Shown here piece by piece: positions 20,384 through 30,190 of a stretch of DNA of 64,000 nucleotides. Made by a program: the position numbers and the translations under genes. The stretch comes from Acidimicrobiia bacterium (GTDB lineage Bacteria > Actinomycetota > Acidimicrobiia > Spongiisociales > Spongiisociaceae). The stretch is taken from NCBI GenBank assembly GCA_022827785.1, contig JAJEIM010000004.1:7409-71408 (forward strand), read 5' to 3'. Numbering within the stretch: position 1 is the stretch's first letter; every line of letters starts with the position of its first letter. The notes beneath the pieces are model-generated. The model was not told the DNA's origin, did no database searches, and saw only the letters and a program-made list of their open reading frames with translations.

Positions 20384-20412
20384 TTGCTAGCGAACATATG
20401 TTCGGGTATAGT
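20384..20412 (+). promoter_or_regulatory. Sigma70-type promoter with a LexA SOS box between the -35 and -10 elements
   Basis: TTGCTA (20384), 17-bp spacer, TATAGT (20407); perfect palindrome CGAACATATGTTCG at 20391-20404 upstream of imuA. Confidence 0.88.
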
Positions 20413-20471
20413 CAAACGCCCTTTCCCGGACGGGGAACACGAGAAGGGCCAGGAGTCAGGAAGCGGGAAAC

Positions 20472-21116
20472 ATGTCCGCAAGCATCTTGACGGCAGCACC
20501 CGATGGGTCGCCGGCGCCTGCAGATGCCACCGGCCTGCCGGTATATCCAGGACGGGTGATCGGTCTGGAAGGCTCCACAGGATCGGGACTGACCCGGATC
20601 GGCCTTTCCATGCTGTCGGCGATCCCGGCGTCCTGCCGGGTGGCGGTGGACGTCCGGGGATGGCTATGCCCGCTGGCGGCATGGGAGGTCGGCATCGATC
20701 CCGACCATCTGACTGTGGTGCGGTGCGGCGACGCCAGTCAATGGCCCAGGGTGCTGGCCGTCCTGCTCGACGGGGTGAAAGCGATCTACGCCGAGGTTCC
20801 CCGAGGTGTCGGGGAAGCCCTGCTGCGGCGCCTCGGCGCCAAGGCCCGGGCCCGTAACGCCACCGTGATCCTGCGTCCTCTGGCGGGCAGGGTCCCCTCC
20901 GGAATGGCTTTTCTACGGCTGCGGTCGGTCCGGGTCGAGTGGGAGGGCGGCCGGGAGGGACACGGCAGTCTGGGCAGGCGCACCCTGATGGTCGAGTTGT
21001 CCGGCAAGGGGGCTGCGGGCCGGTATCAAGTAGTGGAGGTGGAGGACGATGGCGCGCGTCCTGTGCGTGTGGTTTCCCGATTGGTTACTTCGCAGGTCGG
21101 ACGCTCCGTCGGATAG
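20472..21116 (+). CDS. imuA: ImuA-like inactive RecA-fold protein
   Basis: Degenerate Walker A GSTGSGLT, EVGIDPDHL and RRLGAKAR; first gene of the SOS cassette. Confidence 0.75.
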   Translation: MSASILTAAPDGSPAPADATGLPVYPGRVIGLEGSTGSGLTRIGLSMLSAIPASCRVAVDVRGWLCPLAAWEVGIDPDHLTVVRCGDASQWPRVLAVLLDGVKAIYAEVPRGVGEALLRRLGAKARARNATVILRPLAGRVPSGMAFLRLRSVRVEWEGGREGHGSLGRRTLMVELSGKGAAGRYQVVEVEDDGARPVRVVSRLVTSQVGRSVG

Positions 21117-22515
21117 GGCGGCCTTCGTTGTGGGGGGCCGGGACGGCCGTCCCCTGGTGGCTGCCGCCAATGATCGGGCGATGGAAGCGGGAGTCGAGGC
21201 CGGCATGACCCGCCGATCAGCCGAGGCCCTATGCCCCTCGGCCCTGGTCCTGGAGCGCGACCCCGCCGCCGAAACCACCCGTTTCGAGCCGATCCTCGAC
21301 GCTATCGAGGATCTGATACCCCGGGTGGAGGTGGTCGAGCCGGGCTGGGTGTTCGCTCCCGCCGACGGGGCGGTCCGCTACTACGGCGGCGAGCGCGCTC
21401 TGGTGGACCGGATGGCCGCAACGTTGGAGCGCCTGGCTCCCGGAGCGCATCTAGGAGTGGCGAATGGCCCGTTCGCCGCCTACTGGGCAGCCCGATCGGG
21501 CCGCCCGACGTTGATCGTGAAGGATGAAAAGGCCTTCCTGTCCGGCCTGGACATCTCCGCTCTGGAGACCGAAGAGCTGGTCGCCACGTTTCGCTGGCTG
21601 GGGGTAACCACCCTGGGTGAACTGGCGGCCCTGCCCCGCCATGCGGTGGCCTCCCGGTTCGGTACCCGAGGCTTGGAGGCGCATCGTCTGGCCGGCGGCG
21701 AGGATCGGAGGGTCCTACCGCGCCGGACCCCTGACGATCTGACCGTAGAAACCGTCCTCGAAGAACCTCTGCTGCTGATCGAGCAGGTGGGTTTCATGGC
21801 CCGCCGCCTGGCCGGGAGCCTCATGGCCTTGCTTGATCGGCATCGGGTCGCCCCCTACCAGGTGGAGGTGGAGGCCGAGGCCGCCGACGGGGTAGTCCGG
21901 TCACGGGTGTGGCGCAGTGCCGAACCGTTCGATACCCGGGCACTGGCGGAACGGGTGTGGTGGCAACTCCGGGCATGGACCGAGACCGGAGGGATTACGG
22001 ATGGGCTGATCCGCCTGAAGCTGTCACCCACCGCCCTGTCCGACGAGGGCTACCAGCCGGGGCTGTTCGAGCAGAGGGAAATCCGGATCGAAACCGAACG
22101 AGCACTGGAGCGGACCCGGACCATCCTCGGTCCCGACTCGGTCCTCCGGGCCCGCCCCCAGGGCGGAAGGGACCCGGCGGAGCGGGTGCAGTGGGCTCGA
22201 TGGGGCGAGGATTTTGCCGAGCCGACCCGTTCTCTCGCCTCACCATGGCCCGGAAGGGTTCCGGCGCCCTCCCCCAGCCTGGTTCCATCCCGCCCCCGGC
22301 GTCTGGAGGTGGAATGGGACGCCGAGGTCCCCACCCGGGTGCGCCTCTCCACCCGATGGGAGCCGGTGCTGGCATGGGCAGGTCCGTGGCGGAGACTGGG
22401 CGAGTGGTGGGCCGAGGAGAAACCGAGTGCCCTGTACCAGATCGTCACCTCGGCCGGAGCGATGCTATGCCGCACGACCGACGGCCGGACTTTCGTGGTG
22501 GGCGTCTATGACTGA
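21049..22515 (+). CDS. imuB: ImuB, inactive Y-family polymerase
   Basis: RVLCVWFPDW, GVEAGM and LGVTTLG motifs; clamp-motif-like QPGLF; actinobacterial-type C-terminus GPW...GVYD. Confidence 0.88.
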   Translation: MARVLCVWFPDWLLRRSDAPSDRAAFVVGGRDGRPLVAAANDRAMEAGVEAGMTRRSAEALCPSALVLERDPAAETTRFEPILDAIEDLIPRVEVVEPGWVFAPADGAVRYYGGERALVDRMAATLERLAPGAHLGVANGPFAAYWAARSGRPTLIVKDEKAFLSGLDISALETEELVATFRWLGVTTLGELAALPRHAVASRFGTRGLEAHRLAGGEDRRVLPRRTPDDLTVETVLEEPLLLIEQVGFMARRLAGSLMALLDRHRVAPYQVEVEAEAADGVVRSRVWRSAEPFDTRALAERVWWQLRAWTETGGITDGLIRLKLSPTALSDEGYQPGLFEQREIRIETERALERTRTILGPDSVLRARPQGGRDPAERVQWARWGEDFAEPTRSLASPWPGRVPAPSPSLVPSRPRRLEVEWDAEVPTRVRLSTRWEPVLAWAGPWRRLGEWWAEEKPSALYQIVTSAGAMLCRTTDGRTFVVGVYD

Positions 22516-25500
22516 GCACCGCTACGCCGAGATGCATGCCCATTCCAACTTCTCGTTCCTGGACGGCGCCTCACATCCAACAGCCTTGGTGGAGCGGGCC
22601 GCCGAGCTCGGCTACGAGGCGCTGGCCGTCACCGATCACGACGGTTTCTACGGATTGGTGCGGTTCTGGCAGGCGGCCCGGCAGGCCGGCCTCCCGGCCG
22701 TGTACGGGGTGGAGCTTTCGCTATGCCCCCCGGACCACGCGTCCAGAGGCGATGAGGACCCCGTCTCGCCCTTCGATAGAGCCGGCCGGCATGACGCCCT
22801 CCGCTGGGAGGCCGGGAAGCAGGAAGGGAAGCGGGCCGGACGGAAGTACCGCACCCGGACGGGCGCCGGGTTCGAGCCCGAGCACCTGGTGGTGCTGGCC
22901 TCGTCGCCCGAGGGATACGCCCGGCTTGCCAACCTGGTCTCCAGAGCGCAGTTGCGGGGCGCCAAGGGCCGCCCTCTCTACCGGTGGAACGACCTGGCCG
23001 AGGCAGCCGGTCGAGGAGACCTGGTGGCGCTGAGCGGTTGCTGGCAGGGAGCGGTCCCCCGCGCTGCCCTGCAAGGGGATCGGGAAGCGGCGCTGAGGGA
23101 GGCCTCCCGCCTGCGGGAGGTGTTCGGGCAGCGCTTCCACATCGAGATCTGGAATCACCGTATGCCTCAGGACGACCGGCGCAACGACCTGCTGTGGGAA
23201 GTGGCCGCCAGGCTGAACCTGCCGGTGGTGGCCACCAACAACGTCCATTACGCCGACCGCCGGGACGCCGACCTGTCAGACGTCCTGGCGGCGATCGGAG
23301 GGCGGAGGCCGCTCACCGAGCACAACGGCTTCCGGCCCGACACCGACGAGCGCCACCTGAAGTCTCCGGCGGAGATGGCCGCACGCTTCCGGACCTATCC
23401 GGGAGCGGTGGAACGGGCCGCCCAACTGGGACGGGAGCTTGCCTTCGACCTGCGGCTGGTGGCGCCCCGATTACCCGACTTCCCGCTTCCGGACGGCTTC
23501 GCCACCGAGATGGACTATCTGCGCCATCTCACTTTTCGAGGGGCGTGCAAGGCCTATCCCCCCTCGGGGAGGACCGGGGCGGTCGACCCGAAAGCGGTCG
23601 ATCGGCTGGAACACGAGCTGGACGTCATCGAGCGGCTGGGCTTCCCGGGCTACTTCCTGGTGGTGTGGGACATCGTCAACTTCGCCCGATCCCAGGACAT
23701 CATGTGCCAGATCCGTGGTTCCGGAGCCGATTCGGCGGTGTGCCGATGCTTGGGCCTCACCCGGGTCGACCCTCTCCGGCTGGGGCTGCCGTTCGAACGG
23801 TTCCTGTCCGACGAGCGGGGCAGGCCTCCCGACATCGACCTGGACCTCGAATCGGAACGCCGGGAGGAGGTCATCCAGTACTGCTACCGCCGGTACGGGC
23901 GGGAGCGGGCGGCCATGGTCGCCAACGTGATCACCTACCGGGCCCGGTCGGTGCTGCGGGATGTGGCCAAGACCTTCGGTTTCACCTCGGCCCAGACCGA
24001 CGGCTTGACCAGGTACGTGGACACCCACTCCCCGGCGGAGCTACCCCTCGAAGAACCCCTGCCGACCGGGCTGACCGCCGATCTGGTCTATGACATCTGC
24101 CGCCGCCTCGACGGGTTCCCCAGGCATATGGGTATCCATTCGGGCGGCATGGTGATCGCCGACCGGCCCCTTTGGAAGGTGGTTCCGATCGAATGGGGGC
24201 GCATGGAGGACCGCACCGTCCTGCAGTGGGACAAGGACGACTGCGCCGCCATGGGGATAGTCAAGTTCGACCTGCTGGGACTGGGCATGCTGAACGCTCT
24301 GCATATGATGGTGGACACCGTGGAGGAAGCCCATGGGCGACGGATCGACCTGGCCGACCTTCCTCAGGAACCGGCCGTCTACGAGATGCTCACCAACGCC
24401 GACACCGTGGGGCTTTTCCAGGTGGAGTCACGGGCGCAGATGGCGACCCTGCCGAAATTGAAACCCGCCACCTTCTACGACCTGGCTGTGGAGGTGGCAT
24501 TGATCCGGCCCGGCCCCATCCAGGGCGCTTCCGTCCATCCCTACCTGCGCCGGCGGAACGGGGAGGAGCCGGTGCGGTACCCCCATCCGCTGGCCGAGCC
24601 GATCCTGAAGCGCACTCTGGGAGTGCCGGTGTTCCAGGAGCAGCTCATGGAACTGGCCCGGGTGTGCGCCGGCTTCGACGGGGGACAGTCGGATCGGCTC
24701 CGAGCCGCCATGACCCACAAGCGATCGGACGAGGCGATGGAAAAGCTACGGGAGGAGGTTTTCGAGGGGATGCGGACCAAGGGTGTGACCGGCGCCGCAG
24801 CCGAGGAGATCTGGGAGAAGCTGCAGGGATTCGCCTCGTTCGGTTTCCCGGAAAGCCACTCGGTGTCGTTCGCCTACATCGTCTACATGTCGGCCTGGTT
24901 GCGCTACCACTACCCCGCCGAGTTCCTGGTCGGGTTGCTCAACGCCCAGCCGATGGGTTTCTACTCCCCCAACACCCTGGTGCAGGACGCCCTCCGCCAC
25001 GGGGTGGTAGTCCTCGGTCCGGATGTGAACCTCTCGCTGGAGGAGTGCACCATCGAGCCCCATCCGTGTGACGAGGACGACGTCGTGGAGCACTACGGTA
25101 TGGCCTGGCGCCGGGGAAGAGGCCCGGTGGATGACCCGATCCGGGCATCGGTGGCGGCCCGGCTGGGCCTGGCTTACGTGCGAAACCTGGGGGATGCCGA
25201 AGCCCGGAGGATCCTGGCGGCCCGCCAGGTAGGGGGAGGATTCGCCGACCTGTCCGACTTCGCCCACCGCACCGGCTTGCCGGTGGATGCCATGGCGGGC
25301 CTAGCCATCGCCGGAGCCTTCGGATCGTTCGAGGTTTCCCCCCGTCAAGGTCTGTGGATGGCAGGCGCCCTGGCCGGTACCGGACCCGAACGGTTGCCGC
25401 TGGCGGCCGGTCTGGACCCGCCCCCGCTGGCGCCGATGAGCGACCGGGAGACTCACCAGGCTTCGCTGTGGGCAACCGGGGTGTCGGTCCGCCATCCTAT

Positions 25501-25846
25501 GCACTTCGCCCGCCCGGCCCTGGATCGGGCCGGATGCGTTTCGATATCCGCGGCGCTGGGCATGCGGAGGAACCGGGCCCGGATCAAGGTGGGAGGGGTG
25601 GTCACCCACCGGCAGCGTCCGTCCACTTCCAGGGGCGTTATATTCTTCAATCTGGAGGACGAGACCGGCCTGATCAACGTGGTAGTGCTACCGGAGATCT
25701 GGAACAGGCGCCACAAGACCGCCCGCCGGCACCCCGGCCTGATCATCGAGGGTCGCCTCGAATACCGGGACGGGGTGACCAACCTGGTGGCCCATGATTT
25801 CGTCCCGGTAGAAACCGACCCTCTCCGCAGCCGCAACTTCCGGTAA
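22508..25846 (+). CDS. dnaE2: Error-prone DNA polymerase DnaE2 (ImuC)
   Basis: PHP motif HAHSNFSFLDG, RGSGA, PDIDLD, KFDLLGL, FPESH and C-terminal SRNFR. Confidence 0.95.
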   Translation: MTEHRYAEMHAHSNFSFLDGASHPTALVERAAELGYEALAVTDHDGFYGLVRFWQAARQAGLPAVYGVELSLCPPDHASRGDEDPVSPFDRAGRHDALRWEAGKQEGKRAGRKYRTRTGAGFEPEHLVVLASSPEGYARLANLVSRAQLRGAKGRPLYRWNDLAEAAGRGDLVALSGCWQGAVPRAALQGDREAALREASRLREVFGQRFHIEIWNHRMPQDDRRNDLLWEVAARLNLPVVATNNVHYADRRDADLSDVLAAIGGRRPLTEHNGFRPDTDERHLKSPAEMAARFRTYPGAVERAAQLGRELAFDLRLVAPRLPDFPLPDGFATEMDYLRHLTFRGACKAYPPSGRTGAVDPKAVDRLEHELDVIERLGFPGYFLVVWDIVNFARSQDIMCQIRGSGADSAVCRCLGLTRVDPLRLGLPFERFLSDERGRPPDIDLDLESERREEVIQYCYRRYGRERAAMVANVITYRARSVLRDVAKTFGFTSAQTDGLTRYVDTHSPAELPLEEPLPTGLTADLVYDICRRLDGFPRHMGIHSGGMVIADRPLWKVVPIEWGRMEDRTVLQWDKDDCAAMGIVKFDLLGLGMLNALHMMVDTVEEAHGRRIDLADLPQEPAVYEMLTNADTVGLFQVESRAQMATLPKLKPATFYDLAVEVALIRPGPIQGASVHPYLRRRNGEEPVRYPHPLAEPILKRTLGVPVFQEQLMELARVCAGFDGGQSDRLRAAMTHKRSDEAMEKLREEVFEGMRTKGVTGAAAEEIWEKLQGFASFGFPESHSVSFAYIVYMSAWLRYHYPAEFLVGLLNAQPMGFYSPNTLVQDALRHGVVVLGPDVNLSLEECTIEPHPCDEDDVVEHYGMAWRRGRGPVDDPIRASVAARLGLAYVRNLGDAEARRILAARQVGGGFADLSDFAHRTGLPVDAMAGLAIAGAFGSFEVSPRQGLWMAGALAGTGPERLPLAAGLDPPPLAPMSDRETHQASLWATGVSVRHPMHFARPALDRAGCVSISAALGMRRNRARIKVGGVVTHRQRPSTSRGVIFFNLEDETGLINVVVLPEIWNRRHKTARRHPGLIIEGRLEYRDGVTNLVAHDFVPVETDPLRSRNFR

Positions 25847-26109
25847 GGCCCGAAGGGGCCGGCGGCGCCGTCATCCTCCACCCTCAGGATTCAGGCCCTC
25901 CCTCCGAGCCGGTTCCGAAGGAGGGCTCCCGGCGGCGCCGAACGTACCCGTCCGCACCGACGACATTTCCATGCACGCGCGTTCACAGATCGGAATCACG
26001 AGGATCTCCACGTAGAACTATCCTCCTCTGTCTAGCGATTACCGTAGAGCCCGCAAACACGCGGTGTGGGTACGGAATCCCATACACGCCGATTCGCCGG
26101 AGGGCGAGC

Positions 26110-28527
26110 ATGCGAGATGAGGTCCGGGTAGCGATCGTCGGCGGCGGCGCCATGGGCGTCGGCCTGCTCTACTTCCTTGCCCACGAAGGCTGGACCGACA
26201 CGATCCTGATCGAGAAGGACGAGCTCACCTCCGGGTCCACCTGGCACGCGGCCGGGCTGATCCCCCACTTCATCGGCGACCTCAACGTAGCCAAGGTCCA
26301 CCGGGACACCGCCGACCTCTACAAGGTGATCGAAGAGGAAACCGGCATGCATTCGGGCTGGCACGGGTGCGGAGCGGTGCGGTTGGCCCGGTACGACAAC
26401 GAGGTCGACTGGTTCTACTACGTCAAGGGCATGCTCCAGTCGATCGGGGTGGAGTGCCACCTCCTCGGCCCGTCGGAGATCACCGAGGTGGCGCCCCTTC
26501 TGGACGTCGAGCCGGACATCAAGCTGGGCCTATGGACCCCCGGTGACGGCTGGACCGATCCCTCCGCCGCCACCAACACCATGGCGAAGGGAGCTCGTCA
26601 ACTGGGCGCCGAGATCAGCCGCAAGAACCGCGTCACCGGCATGAGCCGGATGGCCGACGGACGGTGGGAGGTCATCACAGAGAAGGGCCGGATCGTGGCC
26701 GAGCATGTGGTCAACGCGGCCGGCTCCTACGCCCCGCAACTCGGCGAGATGGTCGGCCTCGAGGTGCCCATCGAGTCGGTCATCCACCAGTACCTGGTCA
26801 CCGAGCGGATCGAAGAGGTCGCCGCCCTGGAGACCGAGCACCCGGTGGTGCGCGACCCCCGAGCTTCCTGCTATTACCGCCAGGAACACGACGGGCTCAT
26901 CATCGGACCCTACGAGCGGGCCGACGCCAAGGAGTACGGGGTCGGGGGGATCGACTGGGACCTGACCTTCCATCTCACCCCGGTGGAGCTGGACCGGTTG
27001 CTCCCGTGGCTGGATCTCGCCGCCCAGCGACTCCCCTGCTTCGCCGGCGCAGGCATCAAACAGGTCGTATCGGGACCGATCACGCACACCCCCGACGCCG
27101 GCTACCTGATGGGACCGGCGCCCGGACTGCCCAACTACTGGTACTGCGCGGGCGCCTCGATCGGTATCACCCAGGGTCCCGGGGCCGGCAAGTACCTGGC
27201 CCAGTGGATGGTCCACGGCCAGACCGAGATCAACGTGGCCAACATGGATCCCCGCCGGTTCGGTCCGTACGCCCCCGGCCGCTACACCCATGAACGATCG
27301 ATCGACGAGTTTCACGAGATGTACCAGGTGCGGATGCCCAACGAGTACCGGGACGCAGGACGCCCGATGAAGAAGACGCCCCTCTACGACATCCTGGACG
27401 CCAAGGGCGCCCGGTGGCAGGAGGTGTGGGGCTGGGAACGGGCCATGTACTTCTCGCCCGACCCGGAGGTCTACTCCTTCCGCCGATCCTCCGCCCACGA
27501 CGAGGTGGGCGCCGAGGTGAGGGCCATCCGGGAAGGGGTAGGGATCGCGGACCTCACCGCCTTCGCCAAGTTCGAGGTGTCCGGAACCGACGCCGCCGCC
27601 CTGCTGGACCGCCTGTCCGCCAACCGGTTGCCGGCCCGTGACGGCGGGATCAGGCTGGTCCACATGCTGACCACGCTGGGAGGCATCGAGTCGGAGATGA
27701 CCATCACCCGGCTGGGGCCGGAGCGCTTCTATCTCAACTCGGCGATCACGGCCCAATGGCACGACTTCGACTGGCTCACCTCCCACATCCGGGAGGGTGA
27801 GCAGGTGACGGTGACCGACGTCACCGACCGGACCGGCATCCTGGCGGTGACCGGACCCCGTTCCCGTGAGGTCCTGGCCGGCCTGACCGGCGCCGACCTC
27901 TCCAACCGGAACTTCCCCTGGCTTACAGGGCAGGAGATCGAGGTGGCAGGCGCCCCCTGCGTCGCCCTGCGGGTGTCCTACGTAGGGGAGCTGGGCTGGG
28001 AACTCCATATGCCCCTGGAACACATGGTGGAGGCGTACGAGGCCATCCATAAGGCCGGCGCTCCGCACGGGATCATCGATTTCGGCAGCCGGGCGATGAA
28101 CGTGATGCGGCTTGAGAAGGCCTACAAGGCGCACGGCTCGGAGCTGACGACCGAGATCACCCCGGTCGAGGCCCGGCTCGGTCGCTTCGTCGACTACGGC
28201 AAGGATTTCCAGGGCAAGGAGGCCACCGTTGCGCGGCGTGACCAGGCCGAGCCGCTCAGCATGGTCCTCGTGTACGCCGAACTGGACGATGGCGACGCCG
28301 ACTGCCTGGGCAACGAGCCGACCTACGACGGTGAGCGCATCATGGGGATCACCACCAGCGGGGCCTGGGCACATTCGGTGGGCCGCAGCATCCTGTTCGC
28401 CTATGTGGCCCCCGAGTTCGAATCCCCCGGATCGACCTTCGAGGTGGCCGTCATGAACCGCCGCCGTACCGCCACGGTGCTGGCCGAAGCGGTGTGGGAC
28501 CCCGTCAGCAAGCGGCTGCGAGCCTGA
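26110..28527 (+). CDS. GcvT-family FAD oxidoreductase (dimethylglycine/sarcosine dehydrogenase-like)
   Basis: GGGAMG and TSGSTWHAAG motifs; C-terminal GcvT folate domain with SYVGELGWELH and RLEKAY. Confidence 0.9.
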   Translation: MRDEVRVAIVGGGAMGVGLLYFLAHEGWTDTILIEKDELTSGSTWHAAGLIPHFIGDLNVAKVHRDTADLYKVIEEETGMHSGWHGCGAVRLARYDNEVDWFYYVKGMLQSIGVECHLLGPSEITEVAPLLDVEPDIKLGLWTPGDGWTDPSAATNTMAKGARQLGAEISRKNRVTGMSRMADGRWEVITEKGRIVAEHVVNAAGSYAPQLGEMVGLEVPIESVIHQYLVTERIEEVAALETEHPVVRDPRASCYYRQEHDGLIIGPYERADAKEYGVGGIDWDLTFHLTPVELDRLLPWLDLAAQRLPCFAGAGIKQVVSGPITHTPDAGYLMGPAPGLPNYWYCAGASIGITQGPGAGKYLAQWMVHGQTEINVANMDPRRFGPYAPGRYTHERSIDEFHEMYQVRMPNEYRDAGRPMKKTPLYDILDAKGARWQEVWGWERAMYFSPDPEVYSFRRSSAHDEVGAEVRAIREGVGIADLTAFAKFEVSGTDAAALLDRLSANRLPARDGGIRLVHMLTTLGGIESEMTITRLGPERFYLNSAITAQWHDFDWLTSHIREGEQVTVTDVTDRTGILAVTGPRSREVLAGLTGADLSNRNFPWLTGQEIEVAGAPCVALRVSYVGELGWELHMPLEHMVEAYEAIHKAGAPHGIIDFGSRAMNVMRLEKAYKAHGSELTTEITPVEARLGRFVDYGKDFQGKEATVARRDQAEPLSMVLVYAELDDGDADCLGNEPTYDGERIMGITTSGAWAHSVGRSILFAYVAPEFESPGSTFEVAVMNRRRTATVLAEAVWDPVSKRLRA

Positions 28528-28528
28528 A

Positions 28529-30094
28529 TTGGCCCGCCGCCGGCGTGCAGGAGGACGTGCCGCCCGGGTGGCGGCGCGCCGGGCCGGCCCCACCGAGGCC
28601 GAGCGGGCGGTACGGCCCGGCCAGAGCGGTGGCGCCTACCGGCCGCTGACCGAGCCCGACATGGAGCGGGTCTACGACGCCGCTCTCGAACTGATCGAAG
28701 ACCTGGGTATGGGCGATCCGATACCCGAGTTCACCGAAGCCGTCACCGGCGCCGGCGGTCACCTGGACGGCAACAACCGGCTGCACTACCCGCGCTCGGT
28801 GGTGAAGCGGGTCGTCGAGGAGGTGGCCGCCAAGGAATGGGTGTGGCACGGGCTCGACGAGGACAAGAGCATCGAGCTCTCGGGGAACAAGGTTCACTAC
28901 GGGACGGCCGGCGCCGCTGTGCTGATGCTCGACTACCACGAGCGGACCTTCCGTCCCAGCACCACCGCCGACCTCTACGACGCCGCCCGCCTCAACAACA
29001 CCCTGGAGCACATCCACTTCTTCCTCCGCACCATGGTGACCCGGGACCTGGAGACTTCCCGGGAAGTCGATATCAACACCGCCTACGCCACGATGATGGG
29101 AACCGACAAGCCGCAGGGCACCTCCTTCTTCCGCCCGGAGCACGTCTACGAGGTGGTGGAGATGTATGACCATGTGCTCGGCGGGGAGGGAGAGTTCCGG
29201 CGCCGTCCCTTCGTCTGCGTCAACAACACCTTCGTGGTCCCGCCGCTGCGCTTCGCCTACGAATCGACCGAGGCGATGGTCGCCCAGATCGAGACCGGAA
29301 TGCCGATCAACCTGCTCTCTGCCGGCCAGGCCGGCGCCACCTCGCCGGCCGCTCTCGGCGGATCGCTGGTCCAGGCGCTGGCCGAGTGCCTGGCGGGGCT
29401 GACCAGCGTGAACCTGATCTCCCCCGGCCATCCATGCGTGATGGGGCTGTGGCCGTTTGTCTCGGACCTGCGAACCGGCGCCATGAGCGGAGGGTCGGGC
29501 GAGGAGGCGGTGCTGAACGCCGCCGCGGCGCAGATGGCCAACTGGCTCGGCCTGCCGTCCGGAGTGGCGGCGGGCATGGCCGATTCCAAGCTCCCGGACA
29601 ACCAGGCGGGATACGAGAAGGGCATCACGACCGTCCTGGCCGGACAGGCCGGGGCCAACCTGGTCTACGAGTCGGCGGGGATGCTGGGTTCCCTGCTCGC
29701 CTTCTCCCTCGAAGCCCTGGTGATCGACAACGACATGCTCGGGTCCGCCAACCGCACCATCCGGGGAGTCGACATCGACGACTCCACCCTCTCGACCGAT
29801 GTGATCCGCGAGACGATCTCCGGGCCCGGCCATTTCCTCGGGAGCGACCAGACCCTCCACCTGATGCAGCGCGAGTACGTGTACCCGTTGATCGGCGACC
29901 GCAACAGCCCCGACGACTGGCGGGAACTCGGCGCCAAGAACGCGGCGGAACGGGCTCACGAGCACGTCAGGGAAGTCATGCGGACCCACTTCCCCGGCCA
30001 TATCACCCGCGCCCAGGACGAGTGGATCCGATCCCGCCTTCCGATCGCCCTCCCCGTCGAAGAAGTAACCGGCCAGGGAACCCGCTGGTTATAG
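28529..30094 (+). CDS. MttB-family (non-pyrrolysine) trimethylamine/glycine betaine methyltransferase
   Basis: GATSPAALGG, DLRTGA, DSKLPDNQAGYE and GPGHFLG motifs; no in-frame TAG. Confidence 0.88.
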   Translation: MARRRRAGGRAARVAARRAGPTEAERAVRPGQSGGAYRPLTEPDMERVYDAALELIEDLGMGDPIPEFTEAVTGAGGHLDGNNRLHYPRSVVKRVVEEVAAKEWVWHGLDEDKSIELSGNKVHYGTAGAAVLMLDYHERTFRPSTTADLYDAARLNNTLEHIHFFLRTMVTRDLETSREVDINTAYATMMGTDKPQGTSFFRPEHVYEVVEMYDHVLGGEGEFRRRPFVCVNNTFVVPPLRFAYESTEAMVAQIETGMPINLLSAGQAGATSPAALGGSLVQALAECLAGLTSVNLISPGHPCVMGLWPFVSDLRTGAMSGGSGEEAVLNAAAAQMANWLGLPSGVAAGMADSKLPDNQAGYEKGITTVLAGQAGANLVYESAGMLGSLLAFSLEALVIDNDMLGSANRTIRGVDIDDSTLSTDVIRETISGPGHFLGSDQTLHLMQREYVYPLIGDRNSPDDWRELGAKNAAERAHEHVREVMRTHFPGHITRAQDEWIRSRLPIALPVEEVTGQGTRWL

Positions 30095-30190
30095 CTCCCG
30101 GCGAGAACATCCGGCGCGACCCCTCTGCAGGAGAAAACAGGACGTGACCTGGGAAACTTGGTCTCACTTGCGGGCTATGACTGGTAATTC

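Noticed and set aside
28529..30094. Pyrrolysine-containing MttB
   Set aside because: The ORF is uninterrupted, with no in-frame TAG.
30095..30190. Glycine riboswitch (CTCTGCAGGAGA resemblance)
   Set aside because: The remaining consensus elements (CCGAAG, CUCUCAGG) are absent, and the downstream gene is an efflux MFS.
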